Of a DNA stretch of 64,000 bases, positions 1 through 8,909 are shown piece after piece; the first letter of the stretch is position 1; the number at the start of each line of letters is the position of its first letter. The DNA is taken from NCBI GenBank assembly GCA_963662615.2, contig CAXXSR010000001.1:384001-448000 (forward strand). The letters run 5' to 3'. This DNA is from Dehalococcoidia bacterium (GTDB taxonomy: Bacteria > Chloroflexota > Dehalococcoidia > Bin125). Made by a program: the position numbers and the translations under genes. Under the pieces are notes generated by a model. The model was given only the letters and a program-made list of their open reading frames with translations, was not told the DNA's origin and searched no databases.

Positions 1-1
1 C

Positions 2-501
2 CACGGCGATTGCGTGATTGAGGCCGGCGGCAATCTGGTGGCGCACTATCTGAACGACGTGAAGGCGACCGCGGGCGGCGACGTGCTGGTGACCCGAGAG
101 ATCGTCAACTGCGAGATCACGGCCAACCGTGTGGAACCCCCCCCACGGGTCGCATTGTGGGCAGCAAGGTGAGGGCCCAGAGCGAAGTGGACAGCGGCGT
201 CCTGGGTTCCGACGCGGGGGTGACCACCAGCTTTGAAGTCTTCTCCTCGGATCCCAGTTTGCGGCCGGTAGTGCGGGGCCGCAAGGCGGTCCACCCCGGC
301 GTGAAGGTGTATGTGGGCACTGCCGTGGTGGCGGTAGACGACGGGCTATCAGCGACGTCGTTCTGGGACGTGAACGGGGAGGCCGTGAAGTTGGGTGCCG
401 GTGCGACGGAGGCCGAGTACGCGCAATGCCTCGCCCAGCGCGCCGCCGAGGTGGGCGACGAAAGCGGGAGCGCGTCGGACGAGCTCCGCCTCTCGGCCTA
501 G
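2..501 (+). CDS. FapA/DUF342 flagellar-assembly family protein, C-terminal part (5'-partial; apparent frameshift at C8 run 137-144)
   Basis: Frame 2 from base 2 reads HGDCVIEAGGNLVAHYLNDVKATAGGDVLVTREIVNCEITANRVE; frame 1 continues TGRIVGSKVRAQSEVDSGVLGSDAGVTTSFEV...VHPGVKVYVG, resembling the DUF342 beta-solenoid. Confidence 0.65.
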
Positions 502-544
502 GGGATCAGCAAGCCCTCTCCATCCGTGTTCAAGCAGAGCGCCG

Positions 545-1030
545 GCGCGTGGGGGTTTTTTGACGCGCGCTCGCGGGTTTTTGACGCGCGCTCGCGGTTT
601 TTTTGACGCGCGCTCGCAGGTCATCCGGGGTCGCGCGGCGTTGGTGGCGGCTCGCGCCGGGGGTTGCTGAGCGGGGCGGGTTTTTGACGCGCGCTCGCGG
701 GTCATTCGGCGTCGCGCGGCGTTGGTGGCGGCTCGCGCCGGGGGTTGATGATCGGGGGACGATGACGCCCGGCCCTTGACCCGTCGGCAGGCTCCTTCCT
801 GGGAGGGAAGGACAGGTCAGGACAGGCAGGCTCAGGGCGACCCTTCGACAGGCTCAGGGTGAGCGGATCTTTTGACGCGCGCTCGCGGATTGTCGGAGGT
901 CGAGCTGCGTTGGTGGCGGCTCGCGCCGGCGGTTGATGCTCTGGGCGATGTCGGCGCCGCTCGTCCTTCGACAGGCTCAGGATGAGCGGATCTTTTGACG
1001 CGCGCGCTCTCGGCAAGCTCAGGACAGGCC
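545..1030 (+). repeat. Mosaic REP-like repeat cluster (T-tract/GACGCGCGCTCGCG unit plus CCCTTCGACAGGCTCAGGG hairpin)
   Basis: Several copies of TTTTTGACGCGCGCTCGCGGGTCATCCGGG...GGCGTTGGTGGCGGCTCGCGCCGG..GTTGATGA, and CCTTCGACAGGCTCAGG near 841 and 965. Confidence 0.9.
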
Positions 1031-1115
1031 CGCGGGCGCGGTGCGGTACCCTCGGCATGTTTCACGCCGCTGGGACGGGCCCGTGCGGGTGCGAGCGGTG
1101 AAAGGGAGGCTCGTC

Positions 1116-1670
1116 GTGGCGCGACTGCCAGAGCTGACGACGAAGGAGGCGCTGCCGCCCGAGGCGCACCCGGTCTTCGACGCGATCGCGGAGAGCCGGG
1201 GCGGCATCACTGGGCCGTACACGATGCTGATGCACAGCCCAGAGGTGGCCGGCCGCACGGCGCAGTTGGGGACGTATGTGCGGTTCGAGTCGACGCTGGC
1301 CCCAGTGGAGCGCGAGCTGACGATCCTCACGGCAGCCCGCGAGTGTGATTGCGCCTTTGAGTGGGCCGCGCACGTGCCCCTGGCGCGTGAGGCCGGTGTG
1401 CGCGAGGAGGCGATCGAGGTCGTGGGCCGGCGGGGGGAGCTGGATGCGCTGCTGGACGAGGAGGCGTTCATTGTCCGCTACGGGCGCGAGCTGCTGACGG
1501 ACCATCGTGTGGGCGAAAAAACGTTCGCCGCGGCGCGGTCGCGCCTGGGGGAACGCGGGATTGTGGATCTGACGGCCACGCTGGGCTACTACGCGATGCT
1601 GGCCAGCACGCTGAACGCGATGGCGGTGGAGCCGCCCGCAGCCGCGCCGCGGCTGCCGGCGCTGCCGTAG
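1116..1670 (+). CDS. Carboxymuconolactone decarboxylase/AhpD-like family protein
   Basis: GGAGG then GTG at 1116; motifs GPY..LMHSP, ERELTIL, FEWAAH, DLTATLGYY. Confidence 0.85.
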   Translation: MARLPELTTKEALPPEAHPVFDAIAESRGGITGPYTMLMHSPEVAGRTAQLGTYVRFESTLAPVERELTILTAARECDCAFEWAAHVPLAREAGVREEAIEVVGRRGELDALLDEEAFIVRYGRELLTDHRVGEKTFAAARSRLGERGIVDLTATLGYYAMLASTLNAMAVEPPAAAPRLPALP

Positions 1671-1674
1671 TGGA

Positions 1675-1820
1675 AGCGCGGTTTTTTTGACGCGCGCTCG
1701 CAGGTCTTCCGGGGTCGCGCGGCGACGGTGGCGGCTCGTGCCGGCGGTTGCTGAACGGGGCGGGTTTTGTGACGCGCGCTCGCGGGTGATCCGGGGTCGC
1801 GCGGCGTTGGTGGCGGCGCT
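1675..1820 (+). repeat. Two copies of the T-tract/GACGCGCGCTCGC repeat unit
   Basis: Same unit and orientation as in 545-1030. Confidence 0.85.
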
Positions 1821-1862
1821 TCGTTAGACTCCGGGGACCGATCGCGGCGCGGGAGGTGCAGG

Positions 1863-2780
1863 GTGCGCATCGAGAACGATGAGGGGCTGTCGGAGCTGAT
1901 CGTGTCGGCGGAGGAGACGCGGTTGTGTAGCGGCTTCGGCTTCACCGAGGGGCCGGTGTGGGCGCCGGCCGATGCGTGTCTGCTCTTCAGCGATATCCCC
2001 GGCAACCGCATGCACCGCTGGCGTCCCGGCATGGGCGAGGCGGAGGTCTATCGCGATCCCAGCGGGCACGCGAACGGCCTGACGCTGGACGGCGCGGGCA
2101 ACGTGCTGGCCTGCGAGCATTCGGGCCGTCGCATCTCCCGCGCGCTTTTCGACGGCGCGGCGGCGACGGTGGTGGACCGCCACGAGGAGAAGCGGCTCAA
2201 CAGTCCCAACGACCTGGTGGTCCACAGCTCGGGCGCGATCTACTTCACGGATCCGAGCGGTAGCTTGCGCCGTCGGCCGCCGGGTGAAGCGCCTTTCGGC
2301 GACCCGGACGCGAAGCAGGAGTTGGACTTCCTGGGGGTGTTTCGGGTGGATGCGGAGGGCGCGCTAACGCTGCTGCTCGACGACGTGTCGTGGCCCAATG
2401 GCCTCGCCTTTTCGCGCGATGAAGCGTTCCTGTACGTTGCCAATTCGCGGCCGGACCGCGTCGTCTGGCGCTATCGCGTGGGGGCGGACGGCACGCTCAG
2501 GGATCGCGAACTGTTCGTGGACATGCGCGACGACGAGCGCGAGGGCGTGCCCGACGGGATGAAGGTGGATGAGGACGGGCGCGTCTGGGTCACCGGGGCG
2601 GGCGGCGTCTGGGTGGTGACGGAGGAGGGCCGCCGGCTGGGCGTCATGGTGTTGGCCGAGCACCCGGCGAACCTGGCCTTCGGCGGGGCCAACTTCTCCA
2701 CGCTCTACCTGGCGGCGCGGACCAGCGTCTACAGCGTGGAGACGGCGGTCCGCGGGATTGCGCCGGGGTCGCGGCCGTAG
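1863..2780 (+). CDS. SMP-30/gluconolactonase/LRE family protein
   Basis: FTEGPVW, LLFSDIPGN, NSPNDL, PNGLAFS, PDGMKVD motifs. Confidence 0.93.
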   Translation: MRIENDEGLSELIVSAEETRLCSGFGFTEGPVWAPADACLLFSDIPGNRMHRWRPGMGEAEVYRDPSGHANGLTLDGAGNVLACEHSGRRISRALFDGAAATVVDRHEEKRLNSPNDLVVHSSGAIYFTDPSGSLRRRPPGEAPFGDPDAKQELDFLGVFRVDAEGALTLLLDDVSWPNGLAFSRDEAFLYVANSRPDRVVWRYRVGADGTLRDRELFVDMRDDEREGVPDGMKVDEDGRVWVTGAGGVWVVTEEGRRLGVMVLAEHPANLAFGGANFSTLYLAARTSVYSVETAVRGIAPGSRP

Positions 2781-2808
2781 CCGGACGCGGAGGGGGGCTG
2801 TGCGCGCG

Positions 2809-3567
2809 ATGGTGATTGACTACGGGAGGAAGGGCTTGGCCGCGCTGGCGCTGGCGATTGCGCTGGCGCTGGTGCTGTTCGCGATGGTGGGGGGGGCGGC
2901 GCCCGCGCGGGCGCAAGGGCTGTCGGCCATGGCCGTGCTCAGCGGCGCCAACGTCGTGCCCCCGGTGGAGACGGAAGCGAGCGGCACGGCGACGGCGCGG
3001 CTGGAAGGGTTCGCGGTCGCCTACACGTTGCAGGCCTTGAACATTGAGGGCGCCACGGAGGCGCATGTTCATTTGGGCGGGCCCGGAGAGAGCGGGGAGA
3101 TTGTGGCGGTGCTGTTCGGGCCCGTGGCGGCCGGCGTTGACGGCATTGAGGTGAGCGGCACGCTGACGATCGGGGACTTGCTGGGGCCGTCGGCCGGCGA
3201 CCCGCTGGGCTTTTTGGCCGCGCTGCAGGACGGAAACGCGTACGTGGACGTGCACACGCTGGCATATCCCCAGGGAGAGATTCGCGGCCAGATCGAGCGG
3301 GCGCAGGCGGCGGAGGAGGTGGAGGCGCCGGCGGGGCCTGCTGTGCCTGCAGTGCCCGATCAGGGACAAGAGCCCGCGATGGCACCGGGCGCCGGGGAGG
3401 CCGAGGGCGCCGACGGCGACGCGGTCGCGGCCTTGCCGTCGACGGGGTCGGGCGGCCTGGCCGACCCGTCCCGCGACGGCGGAGGCGGATGGCGATGGGC
3501 TCTGCTGGCGGCGGGCAGCGTGGTGGCGATCGTCGTGGGCGGCCGCCTCCTGCAACGACGTTTTTAA
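2809..3567 (+). CDS. CHRD-domain secreted protein with C-terminal LPxTG-like sorting signal
   Basis: Signal peptide; LSGANVVPPV...AHVHLG...YVDVHT...PQGEIRGQI (CHRD); LPSTG, hydrophobic segment, RR tail. Start could be GTG 2800. Confidence 0.85.
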   Translation: MVIDYGRKGLAALALAIALALVLFAMVGGAAPARAQGLSAMAVLSGANVVPPVETEASGTATARLEGFAVAYTLQALNIEGATEAHVHLGGPGESGEIVAVLFGPVAAGVDGIEVSGTLTIGDLLGPSAGDPLGFLAALQDGNAYVDVHTLAYPQGEIRGQIERAQAAEEVEAPAGPAVPAVPDQGQEPAMAPGAGEAEGADGDAVAALPSTGSGGLADPSRDGGGGWRWALLAAGSVVAIVVGGRLLQRRF

Positions 3568-6233
3568 GGAGCGGTCCTCCGGTCGCCGAGGCTGCCGAGG
3601 GCCGCGAGGGGCAGAGGGAGCGCGCTACGACTCTTGCGAGCGCCGGGGAAGTGAACCGGCGTCCCCAGAGCGGGCGTGGGCGGCGAGCGCTCCGGCACCG
3701 CCTCCCGGTCCACGGGCTTGGAGAAGAGGAAGCCCTGCCCGGATTCGCAGCCGATCTGCTGCAGCGCGAGCAATTGCTCGCGGGTCTCGATCCCTTCCGC
3801 CACGACCGACAGACCGAGCGCGTCGCCGAGGTCAACAAAGGAGCGCACCAGCGAGCGGGTGCGGCCGTCGTCGCCGTCCAAGTCGTCAATGAAGGAGCGG
3901 TCGATCTTGAGGACGTCAATGGGGAAGCGACGGAGATAGCTCAAGGACGAGTAGCCCGTGCCGAAGTCGTCGATCGCCAGTTCCACGCCCAGCAGCTTGA
4001 GGTCCGCGATCGCGTTGTTGGCCGTGGGCGTGCCCTCCATCAGCGCGCTCTCGGTGATCTCAATGCAGAGGTCCTGCGGTGCGAGTTCGGTGTCGCGCAG
4101 TACGCGTGCGACCTGCCAGACGAGGTCCGGCCGGCGGAATTCGCGTGGCGACAGGTTCACGCTCACCTTGAGATCAGGGGCGGCCGGCAGGGTCCGTTTC
4201 CATTCCTGTGCCCGGGCGCAGGCCTCCCTGAGCACCCACTGGCCGATGGCGACGATCTCGCCGGTCTCTTCGGCCAGCGGAATGAACTCGGCCGGTGGAA
4301 CGAGACCCCGCTGGGGATGATCCCAGCGGACGAGCGCTTCGAGGCCCGTGATGCGTCCGGTCGCCAGATTGACGATGGGTTGGTAGTGGAGGCGCAGCTG
4401 GCCGCGCTCCACGGCGTGGCGCAGATCCGATTCCAGCGCGAGCCGCTCGACGGCGTACGTATCCAGCGACTCGTCAAACAGGACGACGCGCGCGCGTCCT
4501 CCTTCCTTGGCGCGATAGAGGGCCATGTCCGCGTTGCGGAGCAGGTCTTCGGCGGCGGCGCGGGGCCGGCCGGCGCCGTAGAAGACCGCGCCGATGCTGG
4601 CCGAGGCGTTGGTCTCCTGCCCCCCGATCGAAATGGGCGCGGCCAGTTGTTTGAGGAAGCGCTCCGCCACTTCCTCCATGCGTGCTTCGCTGGCCACGTC
4701 TTCAAGAAGGATGGTGAACTCGTCCCCGCCAAAGCGCGCGACGGTATCGCCGGCTCTGGCGACGGCGGACAGTCGTTGGGCGATCGCGACGAGCAGCTGA
4801 TCGCCCGCCTCATGGCCGAGGCTGTCATTGACCCGCTTGAAACGGTCCACGTCGAGGAAGAGGACGCCGACGTTGGCGGATTGTCGGGCGGCTTGGGCGA
4901 GGGATTGGTCGAGCCGGTCCATGAACAGCGCCCGGTTGGGGAGGCCGGTGAGGACGTCGTGGAAGGCCTGCCGTGTGAGCTGCTCCTCGAGTCGCTTGCG
5001 CTCGGTGATGTCGCGGGAATTGACGACGATGCCGGCGACGTTGGGGTCACTGAGGAGGTTGGTGACCACCGCCTCAAGATGCAACCAGAGCCCGCTGCGG
5101 TGCCGGAGACGGAACTCCACCGTCGCGTGCAGTTCGGGGTTGGCGGTTGCGTCGATTAGCGCGCTCTGGGCGCGATCCAGGTCCGCTTCGTGGACCAGCT
5201 CCAGGATTCGCCGCCCCATGAGGTCCTGCGGGGCGTACCCCCAGAGCCGTTGGACCGAGGGACTGGCATAGCGGAAGGTGCTGTCGAGATCGAGGATCGT
5301 GATGGCGTCCGAGGAGTTTTTGACCAGGGCGCCGAAGCGCTCCTCCAACTGGCGGCGCTCCTCCAGGCCGGCGCTCATCTTGTTGAAGGCGACCGCCAGC
5401 GTTCCGATCTCGTCGCCCGAGCGGACCTGGACCCGCCCACCGTAGTCGCCCGCCTGGATCTTCTGGGCGGCGCCAACCAGCTCCCGGATGGGGGAGCTGA
5501 GGCGCCGTGAGATCAGGAAGATGAGGGCGAGGGAGACGAGGGGCGCGATGCTGAGGAGGCCGACCAGGGGGGCAATGACCGGCGCCGTCACGGCCCGCAT
5601 CTGGTCCAGCGTGTGCCCCGTGTGAAGAGTCCCGCCGCCAGCGAGGGGCATGACCGTGTCCATGGCTTCCCGCCCATCCTCCAGGGTGAATTGGGCCATC
5701 TTCATCCCCTGCTGGGTGGGGTCAGCAGGCATCTGGGCGTCCATTAGCGAGGGGTGGGACTCGTGATCGGCAGCGGTCGGTGCGGCGCCCATGCCGGGAT
5801 GCGCGTCGTCGGTGGCCATTGGATGGTCCATCGGCGAGGACGGGGATTCGTGGCGCTGACGGAGCTGCGCGGTGAGTTCAGGCGTGACCTCCCCGGCCGA
5901 AGCCACGCCGGCGCCGGCCGCGTCTTCGACATAGGCGTAGAGACGGGCGGGCCGCTCGACCGGCGCCGCCAGCAGCGCCTGCAAGCGCGCCGCGGCGCTG
6001 GGCTCGTGGGAGGCGAGGAGATAGTCAAGCTCCGCCGCCGTGGTGCGAGTCCGCTCCATGACTCGCGAGTGCATCTCGCTGTCCAGCCTGGCGGTCGTCT
6101 GGACGTAGACCATTGCGACCGTGACGCCCCCGCTGAGGGCGACGAGGGCGGCGGTGGGCAGCGCGAACTTCCAGAAAATGGAGATCGAGCCGAACCTGCC
6201 GAGGAACCGGCGGCCGAACGTGAGCGGACTCAT
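3564..6233 (-). CDS. Membrane HAMP-PAS-GGDEF-EAL diguanylate cyclase/phosphodiesterase
   Basis: Two TM segments, HAMP (DEIGTLAVAFNKM), PAS, RFGGDEF, EALVRW, DDFGTGYSSL. Confidence 0.95.
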   Translation of the reverse strand: MSPLTFGRRFLGRFGSISIFWKFALPTAALVALSGGVTVAMVYVQTTARLDSEMHSRVMERTRTTAAELDYLLASHEPSAAARLQALLAAPVERPARLYAYVEDAAGAGVASAGEVTPELTAQLRQRHESPSSPMDHPMATDDAHPGMGAAPTAADHESHPSLMDAQMPADPTQQGMKMAQFTLEDGREAMDTVMPLAGGGTLHTGHTLDQMRAVTAPVIAPLVGLLSIAPLVSLALIFLISRRLSSPIRELVGAAQKIQAGDYGGRVQVRSGDEIGTLAVAFNKMSAGLEERRQLEERFGALVKNSSDAITILDLDSTFRYASPSVQRLWGYAPQDLMGRRILELVHEADLDRAQSALIDATANPELHATVEFRLRHRSGLWLHLEAVVTNLLSDPNVAGIVVNSRDITERKRLEEQLTRQAFHDVLTGLPNRALFMDRLDQSLAQAARQSANVGVLFLDVDRFKRVNDSLGHEAGDQLLVAIAQRLSAVARAGDTVARFGGDEFTILLEDVASEARMEEVAERFLKQLAAPISIGGQETNASASIGAVFYGAGRPRAAAEDLLRNADMALYRAKEGGRARVVLFDESLDTYAVERLALESDLRHAVERGQLRLHYQPIVNLATGRITGLEALVRWDHPQRGLVPPAEFIPLAEETGEIVAIGQWVLREACARAQEWKRTLPAAPDLKVSVNLSPREFRRPDLVWQVARVLRDTELAPQDLCIEITESALMEGTPTANNAIADLKLLGVELAIDDFGTGYSSLSYLRRFPIDVLKIDRSFIDDLDGDDGRTRSLVRSFVDLGDALGLSVVAEGIETREQLLALQQIGCESGQGFLFSKPVDREAVPERSPPTPALGTPVHFPGARKSRSALPLPLAALGSLGDRRTAP

Positions 6234-6363
6234 GCTAGATCATCGACCGGGGGCGTCGGTTCGGGAGGCGGTCAAGAGGGGGTCAAGAGACGGGGGCCAA
6301 TAGGTGCAGGCGCCGCGCGGGCGAGGGGAGGACGGCGCCCACGGCCGCAGGGGCGACGTGGAA

Positions 6364-6426
6364 GGCGCTGTCTCGGGCGCTGTGTCTCGGGCGCTGTGTC
6401 TCGGGCGCGGTGTCTCGGGCGCGGTG
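6364..6426. repeat. ~14-bp tandem minisatellite (GCGCTGTGTCTCGG, about 4 copies)
   Basis: Directly visible in the divergent intergenic region. Confidence 0.8.
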
Positions 6427-6491
6427 GAGCCGGTCCGCCGGCGGCGAGGCGGGTGGATGGAGGTCCTATACTTCCCTGGACGGAGGGGTCG

Positions 6492-6944
6492 ATGCCGCTG
6501 TTTACCACGCCCGTCTCCGCTCTGGTGCGCCGGCCGGTGACGCGCGTGGAGCAGACAGCGCCGCTGCGCGAGGCGGTGGAGCAACTGCGCCAGGCGCCCA
6601 GTCGCTGTCTGGCCGTGATGGACGGCGAGCGGCTGGTGGGGCTCTTTCTGGAGCGGAACATGATTAAGCACTGCTACAAGGCCGGGGTGGACGAGGGGAC
6701 GCCCGTGCAGGCGGTGATGACGGCGCCGCTGGTCAGCGTGCGGCCGGAGACGTCGGTGGTGGAGGCGTTACGACTGATGGACACGCAGCGGATCCGGCAC
6801 CTGCCGCTAGTGGACGAAGCAGGCGCGCTGCGGGGCCTGATCCGTGGGCGCGATCTGCTGGAGTACGTGGCCGAGTGGCTGCCGCAGGCGATTCTGAACG
6901 CGCCCGAGCACCTGGCCCCGTTTGACGCCACAGAGGGGGCGTGA
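6492..6944 (+). CDS. CBS-domain pair protein
   Basis: GGAGG then ATG 6492; VMT.P, IRHLPLVD, GLI motifs. Confidence 0.88.
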   Translation: MPLFTTPVSALVRRPVTRVEQTAPLREAVEQLRQAPSRCLAVMDGERLVGLFLERNMIKHCYKAGVDEGTPVQAVMTAPLVSVRPETSVVEALRLMDTQRIRHLPLVDEAGALRGLIRGRDLLEYVAEWLPQAILNAPEHLAPFDATEGA

Positions 6945-6950
6945 GAGCGG

Positions 6951-7469
6951 ATGCCCTGCCCGTCCTGCGGCGTAGACAACATTGCCGGTTCCGACTATTG
7001 CGACAATTGCGGCTGGGACTTGCACCAGACCGACATCCCCATCCCCCAGGACGCGGTGGAGGAGCTGTTCCTGCACCATCCGGTGCGCGAGATCGTGACG
7101 ACGCAGCCGGTGACGATCGGGCCGGATGCGTCGATGAGCGACGGCATTGCCCTGTTGCACAAGCACCGCGTGCGGGCCCTCCTGGTCCTGGACGAGGGCG
7201 CGCTGGTGGGGATCCTGACCGAGCACGACACGGTCCGGGCCCTGGGCGTGGGGCAGAGCGGCGCCTCCATGCGCGTAGCGGAGGTGATGACGTCGGCGCC
7301 GTTCACGGTGGACTCGGACGCGCCGGTGGGGTTGGCCGCCAAGCGTTTTCTGGTGGACTCGGTGCACCATCTGCCGGTGGTGGAGGGCGGGAAGATCCTC
7401 GGCATCGTTGCGATGGGGGACGTGCTGGAGGCGTTGATCGCGGTGCTGTTGGGGGAGACGGAGAGCTGA
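6951..7469 (+). CDS. Zinc-ribbon plus CBS-domain pair protein
   Basis: CPSCG..N...CDNCG N-terminus, then VGILTEHD, VAEVMT, HHLPVV. Confidence 0.88.
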   Translation: MPCPSCGVDNIAGSDYCDNCGWDLHQTDIPIPQDAVEELFLHHPVREIVTTQPVTIGPDASMSDGIALLHKHRVRALLVLDEGALVGILTEHDTVRALGVGQSGASMRVAEVMTSAPFTVDSDAPVGLAAKRFLVDSVHHLPVVEGGKILGIVAMGDVLEALIAVLLGETES

Positions 7470-7516
7470 GGGGCGACCTCGTTGGTCGAGGCGACCCGCG
7501 AGGGGAGGGGGTTGGC

Positions 7517-7807
7517 ATGGCCGCATACTGCGTGTTCGACATCCTTGAGATCACTGATTTGAAGAAGATGGAGGCCTACCGGGCCCGGGTCCAGCAGACC
7601 ATCGCGCAGTACGGTGGCGAGTACCTGGTCCGGGGCGGCAACTTCGATGTGGTGGAGGGCGACTGGCGGCCGGGCCGTCTGGTGATCCTTGTCTTCCCCA
7701 GCCTGGAAGAGGCGCACCGCTGGTACGACTCGGAGGAGTATCAGGAGATCCTGCCGCTGCGCACCACGGCGTCGCGGGCGAACGCGGTCTTCGTGGAGGG
7801 GCTCTGA
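7517..7807 (+). CDS. DUF1330 domain protein
   Basis: YGGEYLVRGG..VEGDW..RLVILVFPS..A..WYDSEEYQ pattern. Confidence 0.9.
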   Translation: MAAYCVFDILEITDLKKMEAYRARVQQTIAQYGGEYLVRGGNFDVVEGDWRPGRLVILVFPSLEEAHRWYDSEEYQEILPLRTTASRANAVFVEGL

Positions 7808-7885
7808 TCGCGCGGGGAGCGGTGCTGCGCTAGCTGCTGGTCTCGCGCTAGGACGCGGCGCCGGGCTGGTCTGCGGCGGTAGAGA

Positions 7886-8470
7886 CTAGCCGCTGAAGTA
7901 GGCCGGCTCGTTGCCCGCGCGCCACTTGATGTTGCAGCCGATGCTGGGCGTCTGATCCGCGGGCACGGGTTTCCCCGCGAGGAGCTGGTCCAGTGCGCGG
8001 CGCAGGTCGGCACCGGTGACGGGGATGCCGTTGCCAGGCCGGCCGGCATCGAACTGGCCGCGGTAGACGAGGGTGCGGTCCTGATCGAAGAGGAAGAAGT
8101 CGGGCGTGCAGGCGGCCGTGAACGCCTTCGCTACTGCTTGCGAACCATCGAAGAGGTAGGGAAAGTTGTAGCCGACGCGCTCCGCCTCGGCCTTCATCTT
8201 CTCGGGCGCATCATCGGGAAAGGCGGTGGGGTCGTTGGCGGAGATGGCCACGATCCCGACCTCTCGGTCCGCATAGTCCCTTCCGAGCTGGGCGAGCCCC
8301 TCGCGGATGTGCTTCACGTAGGGGCAGTGATTGCAGATGAACATGACGAGGAGCCCGCGCTTGTCGGCGAAGTCCGATAGTCGCACGGTCTCACCGCTGA
8401 CGGTGTCGGGCAGCTCGAACTCGGGCGCCCGGGCGCCGAGCGCCTGCATGGTGGAAACGGTCGGTGTCAT
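7886..8470 (-). CDS. Thioredoxin-fold (AhpC/TSA-like) protein
   Basis: APEFELPD, FICNHCPYV, ACTPDFFLFD, SIGCNIKW. Confidence 0.92.
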   Translation of the reverse strand: MTPTVSTMQALGARAPEFELPDTVSGETVRLSDFADKRGLLVMFICNHCPYVKHIREGLAQLGRDYADREVGIVAISANDPTAFPDDAPEKMKAEAERVGYNFPYLFDGSQAVAKAFTAACTPDFFLFDQDRTLVYRGQFDAGRPGNGIPVTGADLRRALDQLLAGKPVPADQTPSIGCNIKWRAGNEPAYFSG

Positions 8471-8909
8471 CGCTTCGCCCCTCCCTTTCGCCCCTCCCGC
8501 TCGCGATCGACGGTCTGGTCCCGGTGGTGCGAGAGCAGGCCCCAGGCGGACGCGCCCCGGCGCCGTCCCGGTCCACTCCCCACGAACGGCCGTCGCGTTG
8601 GGAGGGTAGCGCATCGGGCGACGCCGCGACGCCGGCGCACCTTTGCCTGGGGCGGGCCACAACCCCCTCCGCTTCTGGTGACGCCGCGCTCGACCGGACG
8701 CGGATAGGGTTTTGGGACCCCACAGGAGCCCGCGTGGTGGCGAGGCCATGATGCAGGGCCCAGGCCCGCGTCGTCCCAATTGTGATTGATCCTTCATGTT
8801 CCCTTCATTGTTGCGTGCGATTTTGTCGCTCGCGGCGATCGAGAGAGCGATACGGCCCTCTCCAGCGCTCCGGCGATGCTCAGCGCAGTCTGGACGGAAG
8901 GATCATCCC

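Noticed and set aside
545-1065. Short ORFs across the REP clusters (e.g. 349..705, 702..1058, 51630..52751, 52492..53541)
   Set aside because: They are translations of the repeats (RERASK, LSLSKG, PFDRLR), not genes.
3489-5159. 556-aa plus-strand ORF
   Set aside because: Antisense shadow of the GGDEF-EAL gene in GC-rich DNA.
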